DNA from: a virus
Taxonomy: Duplodnaviria > Caudoviricetes
Strand: one strand, 5' to 3'
Virus record (IMG/VR): IMGVR_UViG_2862465376_000001
Location: 64,001 to 128,000 of that record
DNA length: 64,000 nucleotides
Shown in pieces: positions 38,811-47,634 of the stretch. Numbering within the stretch: position 1 is the first letter of the stretch; each line of letters opens with the position of its first letter. The position numbers were made by a program, and so were the translations under genes. Under the pieces are notes generated by a model. That model searched no databases and was not told where the DNA came from. It worked only from the letters and a program-made list of their open reading frames with translations.

Positions 38811-39265
38811 GCACCGACAAGGGCCTCAACAAGCGCATGGGCGACGCCCATGAGGCGTACGTCGCCAGCGTCCTCGGCCAGCGCCAGACGCGCGGCAGTG
38901 GCAACCAGTGGCGCGATCAGATGGACTCCAAGCACGACCGCACCGAGTGTGTCTTCGCCTTCGCCAACGACGGCAAGTCCACCCTCGGCAAGTCCGTCTC
39001 CATCACCCGCGCCATGTGGGCCAAGGCCGTCGAACAGGCCGGGGGAGAGCGGCCCATGCTCACCCTCCGGTTCTACGCCGACGCCTCCCTGAAGGTCGAC
39101 ACCGACCTCGCCGCCTGCGACCTCCTCGACTTCGCCGAGATGCGTGAGGACGCCGAACGCTGGCACAAGGCCAAGCCCGTCCTCGAAGCGCTCATCGAGC
39201 GCAGCCCCCGCTGCATCCCCGTCCTCGTGGAGCTGGCGCGGCACCTCATCAACGACCATCAGTGA
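38807..39265 (+). CDS. PD-(D/E)XK nuclease, Holliday-junction-resolvase-like
   Basis: GDAHE..VA..LG...GSGNQW...D...DGKST. Confidence 0.6.
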   Translation: MSTDKGLNKRMGDAHEAYVASVLGQRQTRGSGNQWRDQMDSKHDRTECVFAFANDGKSTLGKSVSITRAMWAKAVEQAGGERPMLTLRFYADASLKVDTDLAACDLLDFAEMREDAERWHKAKPVLEALIERSPRCIPVLVELARHLINDHQ

Positions 39266-39277
39266 AGTGAGCCCCCC

Positions 39278-39787
39278 GTGAACCTGCACGTCAACCTCGA
39301 CGACTCCTGGAACTACATCCTCGGCGGCCTCGACCTCGTCGGCCTCGTCGCCCTGCGCGCCGTCGGCCAGAAGAAGGCCGTCGGCTGGATCTGGGCGATG
39401 TTCACCCAGGCCGTCTGGGTCATTTACTCGCTGGCCACCCTGCAGTGGGGATTCCTCGTCCCGGCCGTCATCAAGCTCGCCCTCTACACCTGGAACTACG
39501 TCTCCTGGGTCCGCAGCGACAAGGCGGAGGCGGAGGCGGAGGCGAAGACCGTCGAGGACCTGGCGCTGGAGATGGCCAAGCTCGTCCTGCCCGACGCCCA
39601 CGGCGGCCACCACGTCGCCGCCGCCTCGTTCCTCGTCCGGGCCAGCCGCGTCGCCGCCCTCTACCCCGAGAAGGCAGACGACATGCACCGAGAGAAGGGA
39701 GCCCCCGGTGGCCGCCCCCGTCTTCACCCCCAGCTTCCGCCGAGTCGTCGCGGACAGCCAGAAACTGGTCCTCGTACCGCTGATTGA
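39278..39787 (+). CDS. membrane protein (PnuC-like N-terminus)
   Basis: KKAVGWIWAMFTQAVWVIYSL...WNYVSW. Confidence 0.5.
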   Translation: MNLHVNLDDSWNYILGGLDLVGLVALRAVGQKKAVGWIWAMFTQAVWVIYSLATLQWGFLVPAVIKLALYTWNYVSWVRSDKAEAEAEAKTVEDLALEMAKLVLPDAHGGHHVAAASFLVRASRVAALYPEKADDMHREKGAPGGRPRLHPQLPPSRRGQPETGPRTAD

Positions 39788-40556
39788 GAACGCCGTCCAG
39801 CAGTGCGCGTTCCCCAAGAACTTCGTGGTCCGCCTGGAGTCGTACGCCGCCAAGCGCGAGCCCGACGGCTGGTTCCACCCGAGCACCCATCCGACGATGG
39901 ACGAGCGGAAGCTGTACTACTACCTCGCCCACCCCGAGAAGTGGAACGAGCCCGAGTGGGACTACGGCCCCCGGATGTCCGTCCTCGTCGGCACGATCAT
40001 GCACGAGGTCGTCCAGACCGTCATGATCAAGATGGGCCTCCTCGTCGCCCCGAAGGGCACCTGCGTCGCCTGCGGCAAGCCCCACGGCAAGGGCAAGGGG
40101 AAGTGCGACGAGTGGGGCGTACGCGACGACCTCCTCGGACGGCGCGGCCACATGGACGGCCTCCTCGACATCCCCGGCTGGTGCGAGCCCGGCGCGGGCA
40201 TCTTCGACCTCAAGACCGCCGCCCCCTCCTCCCTGCGGGGCATCGAGAGCCACGACCTGGACGCCTTCAGGCTCAAGTGGCCCTACTACTACGGCCAGGC
40301 CCAGGAGTACATGGCCCTCACCGGCAAACTCAAGGCCCTGATTCTCTTCCTCGCCATGAGCGACGGATGGAAGATGGTCGAGTTCACCATCCCGCGCGAC
40401 GACCTGTACATCGCCCGCCTGGAAGCGAAGTACCGTGCCGTCAGGCAGTACGTCGAGATGGGAACTCCGCCACCCGTCGCCTGCTGCACCGCCAAGGCAG
40501 CAGCCCGCAAGTGCCCCGCCAGCACCTGCTCCGTCAAGATCGGATTCGCCGCATGA
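39708..40556 (+). CDS. Cas4-like/RecB-type PD-(D/E)XK exonuclease
   Basis: HPS, GTIMHE, GHMDG, IFDLKT, QAQEYM, C-terminal Cys cluster. Confidence 0.78.
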   Translation: MAAPVFTPSFRRVVADSQKLVLVPLIENAVQQCAFPKNFVVRLESYAAKREPDGWFHPSTHPTMDERKLYYYLAHPEKWNEPEWDYGPRMSVLVGTIMHEVVQTVMIKMGLLVAPKGTCVACGKPHGKGKGKCDEWGVRDDLLGRRGHMDGLLDIPGWCEPGAGIFDLKTAAPSSLRGIESHDLDAFRLKWPYYYGQAQEYMALTGKLKALILFLAMSDGWKMVEFTIPRDDLYIARLEAKYRAVRQYVEMGTPPPVACCTAKAAARKCPASTCSVKIGFAA

Positions 40557-41122
40557 GCAAGCGCACCCGCCTCGCCAAGGCCCCCTACCGCTCCAACGGC
40601 AGCCTCATGGACTGGGTCGGCACCGTCGAACCCCACGAGTGGCGCGACAACAAGCCCTTCCCCGCCATGTTGATCCTGCAGGGCACCGAGCGCGGCATGT
40701 CGGCCGCCCGGTTCGTCTGGCACAGCGACAAGGGCCACGTCTACAAGATGTTCATGACCGACATGGTCAGCCTCGTCCAGAACGCCACCAACCTCTACAA
40801 GGGCACCGCCGACACCTGGTGGGTCGTCCAGAAGCGCGGCAAGAACTACGGCATCCGCCTTGCCGACAACGACGACCTCAAGCACGCCGGGCACGTCGCC
40901 GGTCCCAAGGCCGACTGCCCGGCGTGCGAGGGCGTCGCCTACGGCTACGAGTCCTGGTGCCCCCTCCCGCCCACCGCCGACCAGCCGCACCAGGCTCGCC
41001 ACAACATGGCCATCGTAGGTCGCTGCATCTGCGGTGAGCGGTTCGGCCACCCCATCCACCGCTCCTGCACCTGCGCGCCCGAGGATCGCACCGCCTGCAG
41101 CGCCGACAACTGCCCCGGCTGA
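40553..41122 (+). CDS. hypothetical protein
   Basis: Coupled ORF with Cys-rich C-terminus. Confidence 0.55.
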   Translation: MSKRTRLAKAPYRSNGSLMDWVGTVEPHEWRDNKPFPAMLILQGTERGMSAARFVWHSDKGHVYKMFMTDMVSLVQNATNLYKGTADTWWVVQKRGKNYGIRLADNDDLKHAGHVAGPKADCPACEGVAYGYESWCPLPPTADQPHQARHNMAIVGRCICGERFGHPIHRSCTCAPEDRTACSADNCPG

Positions 41123-41235
41123 GCATGACCATCCGCAGCCTGCTCGAACACTTCGGTCTCGACACCGCCGGTCGGGACATCTACGTCGGCGACCGCCTCG
41201 TCGACCCCGCCCCTCCGACCGCCAACGGAGCCCCC

Positions 41236-41883
41236 ATGAAGACCGCCCAGCCCTCCATCCCCGGCCTGGACACCGCGATCCGCCACGTGCCGTTCCAGCC
41301 GCCGACGCTCGACCAGTTCGCCCACGCCACCGTCCAGGCCTACGACCAGTCCCTGGCCAACACCGGCGTCGTCCTGCTCAAGTCCAACGAGCTGGGCCTG
41401 CACCTGCTGTCCACCGCGATGATCCGGCCGCCCGCCGAGATCCTCGACATCCCCTCCACCGACGGCAACTTCGCCCGCGCCGAGTACATCTCCAGCGGCA
41501 TCATGCAGCACCGCCGGGGCTACGCCTCCTCGGTCGACGCCGTCCTCTACGAGCGCCCGCCCGTTCACGGCCAGCGCATCGAGTCCATCCTGCTCGCCGG
41601 GCGCGAGGTCCACCGCGCCACCGGCGGCCGGGCCATCATGGTCGACAACCGCCACGCCAAGAAGCTCCTCATCGGCCGCGCCGGAACGAAGCAGAACCCG
41701 GTCAAGAAGGCCCACGTCAAGGAGATGGTCGAGGCCTACCTGACCCCGCCCAAGGACCAGGGCAAGAACATGCCCTGGAACGAGCACATCCGCGACGCCT
41801 GCATGCTTGCCCTCGCCTGGCTCCTCGACGAGAAGGAACGCCAGGTCCAGTCCCAGGCCCAGTTCCTGGCCGCCGCCGCGTGA
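41236..41883 (+). CDS. RuvC-like resolvase
   Basis: AYDQSLANTGVV, LYERP, K..VKEMV, HIRDA; upstream in-frame start at 41125 possible. Confidence 0.7.
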   Translation: MKTAQPSIPGLDTAIRHVPFQPPTLDQFAHATVQAYDQSLANTGVVLLKSNELGLHLLSTAMIRPPAEILDIPSTDGNFARAEYISSGIMQHRRGYASSVDAVLYERPPVHGQRIESILLAGREVHRATGGRAIMVDNRHAKKLLIGRAGTKQNPVKKAHVKEMVEAYLTPPKDQGKNMPWNEHIRDACMLALAWLLDEKERQVQSQAQFLAAAA

Positions 41884-42016
41884 CTGCCCGGCACGCCCAC
41901 GGCATGGACTGCTGCTGGGACTGCTTCTCCGGCCGCCGTACCCACCCCGAGACCGGGGACGGCGAGCCGGACCCCCACTGCGACGAGAACTGCCCACCGC
42001 CGGACGAGGACCAGAC

Positions 42017-42721
42017 ATGAGCGACATCAACGACAGCGACCTCATCGACGACACCCGGCTGGCCGAGCAGGCCAAGCGCGTCATAGACGAGGTCTCCCGC
42101 GAGGCCGACCAGCTGCTCGCCCCCGACATCGCCCCCGACCGGGCCCGCGTCAACACCCCCAACTTCTCCCGCATGCGCCGCGAGTGGCGGCCGGGCGACG
42201 AGGCCGAGATCGCCGGAATCGTCGCCGAGGCCAACGGCGTCATCCACCGCGAGTTCCCCGGCATCTTCCTCATCCTCAACGACATCTGGGCCATCGCCCG
42301 TGAGCCGATCGTCAACCTGAAGACCAGAGAGATCGCGACCGATGCGTTCGGCTGGCCGCTGTGGAAGCGACTGCCGTCCGGCGCCTACGCCGAGGACTAC
42401 TCCAAGCTGACCGGACGCGAGAAGGACGACTTCCTGCTCCGCATCACCATGGGCCTGCTGGAGTGGCGCCGCCAGGCCGACCTGGCCCACCGCCTGCCCT
42501 CCATGCTCGCCAAGGGCCGCTGGGAGGAGGCCATGGCCACCGGCTTCGTCGCCCCCACCGGCCGCATGACGGTCGAGGAGCGCACCCAGCGCGGCCGCCA
42601 GTACTCCGCCCAGGACCGCTACTGGGCCATCTACCTCGCCGAGGTCTCCCGCGCCGCCGACCACCTCGTGTCCGGGATGGAGTTGTTGGGCCAGCGACTG
42701 AAGGACTCGTTGACGGCATGA
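42017..42721 (+). CDS. hypothetical phage protein
   Basis: GAGGA RBS, codon bias. Confidence 0.65.
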   Translation: MSDINDSDLIDDTRLAEQAKRVIDEVSREADQLLAPDIAPDRARVNTPNFSRMRREWRPGDEAEIAGIVAEANGVIHREFPGIFLILNDIWAIAREPIVNLKTREIATDAFGWPLWKRLPSGAYAEDYSKLTGREKDDFLLRITMGLLEWRRQADLAHRLPSMLAKGRWEEAMATGFVAPTGRMTVEERTQRGRQYSAQDRYWAIYLAEVSRAADHLVSGMELLGQRLKDSLTA

Positions 42722-42894
42722 GTGAGAAGAAGCGGCCGGACAGGACCGTCACGCTGACCGAAGCCGACCGGAAGTTCCTCTCCTTCGCCCTCGACGAGGC
42801 AGCGGACGAGATGTGCCACCGCGACGGATTCGTCGATGAGGACTGGGCTCTGCTGGAGAGGTGGCGCGGCCTGACAGACCCGCCGACCGCCTGA
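42718..42894 (+). CDS. small hypothetical protein
   Basis: ATGA coupling. Confidence 0.45.
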   Translation: MSEKKRPDRTVTLTEADRKFLSFALDEAADEMCHRDGFVDEDWALLERWRGLTDPPTA

Positions 42895-43039
42895 TCCTGT
42901 CCCGCCCCAAAGTTCCTGCCACGAAAAGTTGGAGTTGCAGGAGGGACCACACCTATGCTGACAGAAATCCCAGGTGCACTGCCGCCACATGAGCACCAGG
43001 TAAGGCGCGACCGCCACGCGTCAGCAAAGGAACCCGCCT

Positions 43040-43426
43040 GTGACAATTCCCGTACGCCTGCTCCGGGAACTGTTCCGGAACCTCCAGGCATGGAACGCCC
43101 TCTACGAGATCGAGGGCAAGGACACCATAACTGGCCCGGACCGGTCCGAGTACTGCATCCACGACATCGTCCACCTCTACCTGACAGCCGTGAACGGACG
43201 CGGCGCCAACGGAAAGCACCTGCTTTCCCCGCGCCAGCGCGAAGCAATCCAGCTGTTCCTTATCGAGAACAGGCCCGAGCGGGAAGTTGCCCGCATCATG
43301 GGCGTCTCCGAGGACAACCCCGTCGCCTCCTACGCCACCCAGGGCCTGGTCCGGCTCAACCAGCTCATCGAGACCGGCGTCATCCCCGGCGTCGGCGACC
43401 GCGAGGACGAGGCGGTGGCCGCATGA
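43040..43426 (+). CDS. sigma-70 region-4-like HTH protein (candidate late activator)
   Basis: LSPRQREAIQLFLIENRPEREVARIMGVS...ATQGLVRL. Confidence 0.72.
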   Translation: MTIPVRLLRELFRNLQAWNALYEIEGKDTITGPDRSEYCIHDIVHLYLTAVNGRGANGKHLLSPRQREAIQLFLIENRPEREVARIMGVSEDNPVASYATQGLVRLNQLIETGVIPGVGDREDEAVAA

Positions 43427-43716
43427 GCAACCGCGTACGCCACGGCGTCGACCCCGAGCTGGAAGCCCAGGCCGACGCCCTCCTGCGTCAGTCCTTCCTC
43501 GACCAGCCCGACCCCGAGGCCAAGTCGCTGATCCTCACGCAGTACAAGCTGCAGAACCGGCTCAAGCGCGAGGTCTTCGTCCCCGGCGGCACCCCCGACG
43601 GCGCCGTCCGCAAGGGCAGCTTCCACCGCAGCATCAACCGCCGCTACCCGCACCTCAACGCCACCGAGGGCGCCGCCCGGCCCCAGCACCGCATCCCCCT
43701 GAAGGCCGACGAGTGA
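43423..43716 (+). CDS. hypothetical protein
   Basis: Coupled ORF. Confidence 0.55.
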   Translation: MSNRVRHGVDPELEAQADALLRQSFLDQPDPEAKSLILTQYKLQNRLKREVFVPGGTPDGAVRKGSFHRSINRRYPHLNATEGAARPQHRIPLKADE

Positions 43717-44363
43717 GCGACAACCTCCCCGCCCTCGCCGACCCGGACAGCGACGGCCCCACCAGCATGGTCCTGGTCAAGATCGGCGACCGCACGGTCC
43801 CCGCCAAGACCGGCCCCCGCTGCCGCGTCTGCCAGTCCCCCCACCGGGCCAAGATCGACTCCTGGATCATCGAGGGCTACACCCGGCCGACCATCCTCGA
43901 ATGGCTCGCAGACATGGAGGAAGGCCCCGCAGGCCACCCCTCCGAGAAGGCACTGCGCGGCCACACCGACCGCCACCTGCCCCTGGAAGTCCGCGCCCAG
44001 ACCGCCATCCTCGACCGCCGCGCCGGACAACTCGGCGAGGAGATCGAAAAATATGGCGGCCGTGTCGCCGACCACCTCTCCGCCCTCGATATGGTCGTAC
44101 TGCAGGGCTTCGACGGCATCCAGAAGGGCACCATCAAGGTCGACGCCGCGACCCTGATGAAAGCCATCGACCTCAAGCACAAAATCGACACCACCGTCAG
44201 CGGGGGAGTGGACGCCAACGTCTGGCGAGACGCCCTCATGGAATACATGCGAATCGCCATCGGATTCATCCCGGTCGACCGCCGGAAAGACTTCGCAGCA
44301 GCCCTCGACGCAAGCCCCGTTCTCGCCGCCCTCTCGAAGAACGCACAGCAGAACAACATTTAA
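43713..44363 (+). CDS. Zn-binding HTH protein, possible terminase small subunit
   Basis: CRVCQSPHRAKIDSWIIEG...H..RH; the TerS role is an inference. Confidence 0.45.
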   Translation: MSDNLPALADPDSDGPTSMVLVKIGDRTVPAKTGPRCRVCQSPHRAKIDSWIIEGYTRPTILEWLADMEEGPAGHPSEKALRGHTDRHLPLEVRAQTAILDRRAGQLGEEIEKYGGRVADHLSALDMVVLQGFDGIQKGTIKVDAATLMKAIDLKHKIDTTVSGGVDANVWRDALMEYMRIAIGFIPVDRRKDFAAALDASPVLAALSKNAQQNNI

Positions 44364-44425
44364 ATTCTTCCGGACCGCCAGCCGGGGACCACCACTCCTT
44401 ACCGCCAGAGGAGAACACCGCCACC

Positions 44426-45415
44426 ATGCACCTGCGCGAACTGCCCACCAGGACCCTCGCCGACGTCGCCGTCGCCTGGAAGCACCACGACCGCGAATGG
44501 ACCTCCGACGCCTGCGTCCCCCGCGCCGACTACGCGCGCGCCCCGCAGCAGGAACCCATCCTGATCCTCGGCGACCACGAGATCACCCTGGACGAGCAGG
44601 CCAGTGCCCGGCTGTGCGCCTTCTACCAGATCCCCACCGCGTACTTCCGCCGGATCACCCCGGCCGAGCAGCACTTCGTGATGAACGCCCGTATGGACCA
44701 CGCCGAGGGCGAGATCACGATCACCTACAACGACCTCGGCATCACCGACGTCCGCAAACCCACCAAGCCGCGCGTCGAGGCCGACGAGTTCGTCCGCATC
44801 GCCCACCGCATCCTCCCGGCCAGCGCCACCGTCCTCGACGCCTGGGTCACCGCCGACGAACTCCGCCTGGACGTCATCAACCACGACGTCGAGGACGGCA
44901 TCAGGGGCGGTCTGCGCTTCGGCCAGAACCGCAAGCAGAACCTGGCGCCGACCGTGGCACCGCTCCTCTTCCACGAGGACACCACCACGGTCATCGAGAT
45001 CCCCGACCCCTCCCTGAAGATCGACGCACGCGGCATCTCCGTCGACAAGATCGCCGAGCGCCTCGCGGCCGAAGCCCTCCGCGCCGCCGCCCGCCTCCAC
45101 TCCGACGCCCAGCACCTGCTCCGCCTGGCCAACATCTCCATCGCCGGAGACCGCATCACCCGCCTGCACCGCGTCGCCGCCGAGCACGGCCTGCCCGTCC
45201 GGCCCCTCTCCGACATCACCATCGCCCTCTCCCGCAGCGACGAGCCCACCATGCTCGACCTCGCCCTCGCGATCGGCAACGCGGCCAACAGCCCCAAGCT
45301 CACCCTCGACTCCACCAAGCGCGCCGTCCGCATCAGGCTCCAGACCACCGCCGGAGCCCTCGTCGTGGACGAGGCCGAACGCTGCGCCTCCTGCCACGCC
45401 CTCGTCGCCGCCTGA
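44426..45415 (+). CDS. hypothetical protein (DUF932-like architecture possible)
   Basis: GAGGAG RBS, codon bias; family call tentative. Confidence 0.55.
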   Translation: MHLRELPTRTLADVAVAWKHHDREWTSDACVPRADYARAPQQEPILILGDHEITLDEQASARLCAFYQIPTAYFRRITPAEQHFVMNARMDHAEGEITITYNDLGITDVRKPTKPRVEADEFVRIAHRILPASATVLDAWVTADELRLDVINHDVEDGIRGGLRFGQNRKQNLAPTVAPLLFHEDTTTVIEIPDPSLKIDARGISVDKIAERLAAEALRAAARLHSDAQHLLRLANISIAGDRITRLHRVAAEHGLPVRPLSDITIALSRSDEPTMLDLALAIGNAANSPKLTLDSTKRAVRIRLQTTAGALVVDEAERCASCHALVAA

Positions 45416-45433
45416 CCGTCACAGGAGAACGCC

Positions 45434-46072
45434 ATGCCCGACTCCAGCCTCGACTTCGAGAGCCTCCAGCGCCTGAGCCAGCGCGGGGACAGTCTCCGTC
45501 AGCGCTCCGGAGACCAGCCCCTGCCCGCCGAGGGCCAGGAGAACGTCCAGGACAAGCTCATCGACCTGATCAAGGAACGCCGCGACCTCGGCGTCCAGCG
45601 CTACGGTCGCCCGCTGCAGACCTTCAACGGCCGCAACGCCGTCCGGGACGCCCTCGAAGAGGCCCTCGACCTCTCCACCTACCTCATGCAGGTCGAGATG
45701 GAGAAGAAGGCCACCCAGGCCTGCATCCGAGAGGCCCTCCACCTCCATCGCGCGAACGAGATCGGCGTGTGCGTCACCTGCAGGTGCTACTCGCCCTGCT
45801 TCACCCGGCGCATCCTCACCAGCGTCACCCCGCCCGCCACCGAGCCGGACATCACCGTCACCACCGTGCATCCGGTCGAGGAGATCGCGGTCCACCCCGA
45901 CTCCGTGGACATCCTCAAGAGCCAGCTGAAGCTGCACGGCGCCGAGGAGCGCCTGGGCGCGCCGATCGGTCAGATGTTCGGTTACCCCATCGTCCACGAC
46001 GACCGGCTCGCGCCCGGCGCCGTCCGCATGCGCCCGCGCGGCTACGACGACCACCCCTCCGCCCGCCCCTGA
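45434..46072 (+). CDS. putative all-alpha NTP pyrophosphohydrolase-like protein
   Basis: ERRDLGVQRYGRPLQTFNGR..DALEEALDLSTYL. Confidence 0.5.
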   Translation: MPDSSLDFESLQRLSQRGDSLRQRSGDQPLPAEGQENVQDKLIDLIKERRDLGVQRYGRPLQTFNGRNAVRDALEEALDLSTYLMQVEMEKKATQACIREALHLHRANEIGVCVTCRCYSPCFTRRILTSVTPPATEPDITVTTVHPVEEIAVHPDSVDILKSQLKLHGAEERLGAPIGQMFGYPIVHDDRLAPGAVRMRPRGYDDHPSARP

Positions 46073-46097
46073 TCCCGCCCCCGCCAAGAGGAGCCTC

Positions 46098-46574
46098 ATG
46101 AGCACCGACCACCCTTCCGGCCTGATCCTGCCGCCGGGCGTCCAGTCCCCGGCCGCCGCCGGTCCCGACTACCTCGACCGCGAGTACGGCGGCGTCCACA
46201 AGCGCCAGGAGACCGCCCAGGGCGACATCCTCGACTCGGAGATCCTCCAGCTGGAGGCGATCTTCGAGGACATGCTGTACCGCTACAGCGCCAAGGCGTT
46301 CGACGTTGACGTCTTCGAGCGCGAGGCCAAGGAGCGCGTCCACTCCCAGCTCGGCCTCGCCATCACCGTCAGCTGGAAGCCCGTCATGGACACCGCCACC
46401 GGCAGGATCATCGAAGGCAAGCTCAGCCCGAAGATCGAGATCGCCGGACGCGTGGAGAAGAAGGCCTTCGACCACGACCAGAAGGTCTTCGAGGTGACCC
46501 GGGACATCGCGGACCTCGGCACCCAGGGCGTCATCGAATCCGGCGAGGCCGCGCGCGGGGGACACCCGCACTGA
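46098..46574 (+). CDS. hypothetical phage protein
   Basis: GAGGAG RBS. Confidence 0.6.
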   Translation: MSTDHPSGLILPPGVQSPAAAGPDYLDREYGGVHKRQETAQGDILDSEILQLEAIFEDMLYRYSAKAFDVDVFEREAKERVHSQLGLAITVSWKPVMDTATGRIIEGKLSPKIEIAGRVEKKAFDHDQKVFEVTRDIADLGTQGVIESGEAARGGHPH

Positions 46575-46704
46575 TGAGCTTCCTGCGCACCTTCCTCGTC
46601 CGTCAGCTCACGATCGGGTTCGAGAACCCCGACTGGCACTGGGCGTATTCCACCGCCCAGCTCTGGCGCTGGTACGAGCAGCTTGACCCTGATCGGAGCG
46701 GCCG

Positions 46705-46986
46705 ATGAACCGGCTCCTCGACTGGGACGACGACAGCATCACCGTCACCGTCATCCCACACGCCTGCAACTCCTGCGGCGAGCGCAACGACAAGGTCCAC
46801 CTGAGCCTGGAGGCCGTCGTCTCCGGCACCAGCGACTTCGTCGGCGTCCGGACAGTCGGCAAGACCCTGTGCTGCGGCGGCGAGTACCGCACCGCCTACC
46901 CGGCCGTCCGCACCGCCGTCATCCTGGAACGCCTCAAGACCTGCCCCAAACACAAGAAAAGCATCGAAAACCTGAAAGGGGAATAG
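46705..46986 (+). CDS. small Cys-rich hypothetical protein
   Basis: GGAG RBS; CNSC, CC, CPKH. Confidence 0.45.
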   Translation: MNRLLDWDDDSITVTVIPHACNSCGERNDKVHLSLEAVVSGTSDFVGVRTVGKTLCCGGEYRTAYPAVRTAVILERLKTCPKHKKSIENLKGE

Positions 46987-46987
46987 C

Positions 46988-47584
46988 GTGACCGCTGCCA
47001 GCGAGTGCGTCGGCAAGATCGTGAGTATCGAACGAATCGACGCAGACTACCCCAGCTATCCGGCCTACCCCGAAGGTGAGTACCTGGTCAGTCACGCAAC
47101 CGACAGCAAGTTCTGCGGGGTTCGCATCAACCGAGGGCACAAGCACGGAGGCTTTACCGCGCTTGCGCTTGCGGGTGCCGCAATCACCCAAGGCGTGCCC
47201 CTGACCGGCGACGACGCCTACAGGATCTACCGAGTCAGAGGCGTCGAGTCATGGATGGCGAAGTCCCTGGACGCCCTCTCCGCCGAGATCGCCTTCAACA
47301 GAGAGGACCTGCGTCAGCAGCCACCTAGCGACCCCTCCTTCTGGGAGATGGCCGCACAGAGGGTCCTCAAGCTCCGCACCCTGCTGGAACGTGCAGAAAT
47401 CACCAGCGACCCTGGCGTCAAGCCTTCATGCGCCTACCCCGGCTGCTGCAGGCAGCCCGCCCAGGCCCTGGAGGGGCAGGGCCGGGACGAACTGCCTGTC
47501 CTGGACGTCTACCTGCCGCCGGGCGCCGCCGTCCATGCCCGCCCCGGTTACATCCTGCGGGTCCACCACGACGCGGCGGCCTGA
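46988..47584 (+). CDS. hypothetical protein
   Basis: ORF with weaker codon bias. Confidence 0.4.
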   Translation: MTAASECVGKIVSIERIDADYPSYPAYPEGEYLVSHATDSKFCGVRINRGHKHGGFTALALAGAAITQGVPLTGDDAYRIYRVRGVESWMAKSLDALSAEIAFNREDLRQQPPSDPSFWEMAAQRVLKLRTLLERAEITSDPGVKPSCAYPGCCRQPAQALEGQGRDELPVLDVYLPPGAAVHARPGYILRVHHDAAA

Positions 47585-47634
47585 CGCTGTCCCCGCGCGC
47601 CCTCCCCGCCCCAAGAGGCGAGGAGGGCGCCTTC

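Noticed and set aside
39708-40556. Cas4-like nuclease as part of a CRISPR-Cas system with the 57.2 kb repeats
   Set aside because: It lies 17 kb away in a RecA/RuvC recombination operon with no cas1, cas2 or Cascade genes; solo Cas4-like exonucleases are common in phages.
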